Shown: one piece after another, positions 60,864 to 64,000 of the stretch
Position numbering within the stretch: position 1 is the first letter of the stretch
Layout of the letters: every line of letters begins with the position of its first letter
From: a phage
Sequence record: PZ452594.1
Length of the DNA stretch: 64,000 bases
Strand: one strand, 5' to 3'
Translations under genes and position numbers: made by a program
The notes under the pieces: generated by a model
The model's database searches: none
Seen by the model: only the letters and a program-made list of their open reading frames with translations
What the model was told of the DNA's origin: nothing

Positions 60864-64000
<3,137 letters not shown>

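Overview
This window is a T4-like (T-even, Tequatrovirus-type) myophage genome segment, collinear with phage T4 from gene 46 to gene 17. Identification rests on direct sequence recognition: T4-type lysozyme e, endonuclease V (DenV), endonuclease VII (gp49), RI, thymidine kinase, NrdD/NrdG, gp5 with its lysozyme domain, fibritin with the foldon C-terminus, and terminase gp17. Coordinates 1-43397 are a leftward (minus-strand) early/middle region; 43445-64000 is the rightward late baseplate/tail-fibre/neck/terminase module (genes 53, 5, 5.4, 6-12, wac, 13-17). The minus-strand region carries 46, 47, a-gt, 55, nrdH/G/D, 49, nrdC, tk, regB, denV, e, nudE, a nine-gene tRNA cluster with a SegB-like GIY-YIG endonuclease, an IPI-like gene, 57B/57A and genes 1, 3, 2, 4. 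Early genes are punctuated by T4-type early promoters (GTTTAC-N18-TAnnAT) and C(UUCG)G hairpin terminators; late genes carry TATAAATA promoters. No single obviously novel multi-gene system stands out; the candidates worth follow-up are listed as findings. They include an HNH endonuclease cassette between genes 47 and 46 with a duplicated start region, a ninth tRNA (Tyr-like) beyond the T4 set of eight, a late-promoter-driven ORF with an internal-protein-like capsid-targeting leader, a family of at least six small paralogous proteins around rI/tk, a macro-domain-like ORF, and an intron-less nrdD. All product calls are from motif and synteny reasoning without database searches; many start codons are inferred and the ORF track appears to show GTG/TTG starts as M.
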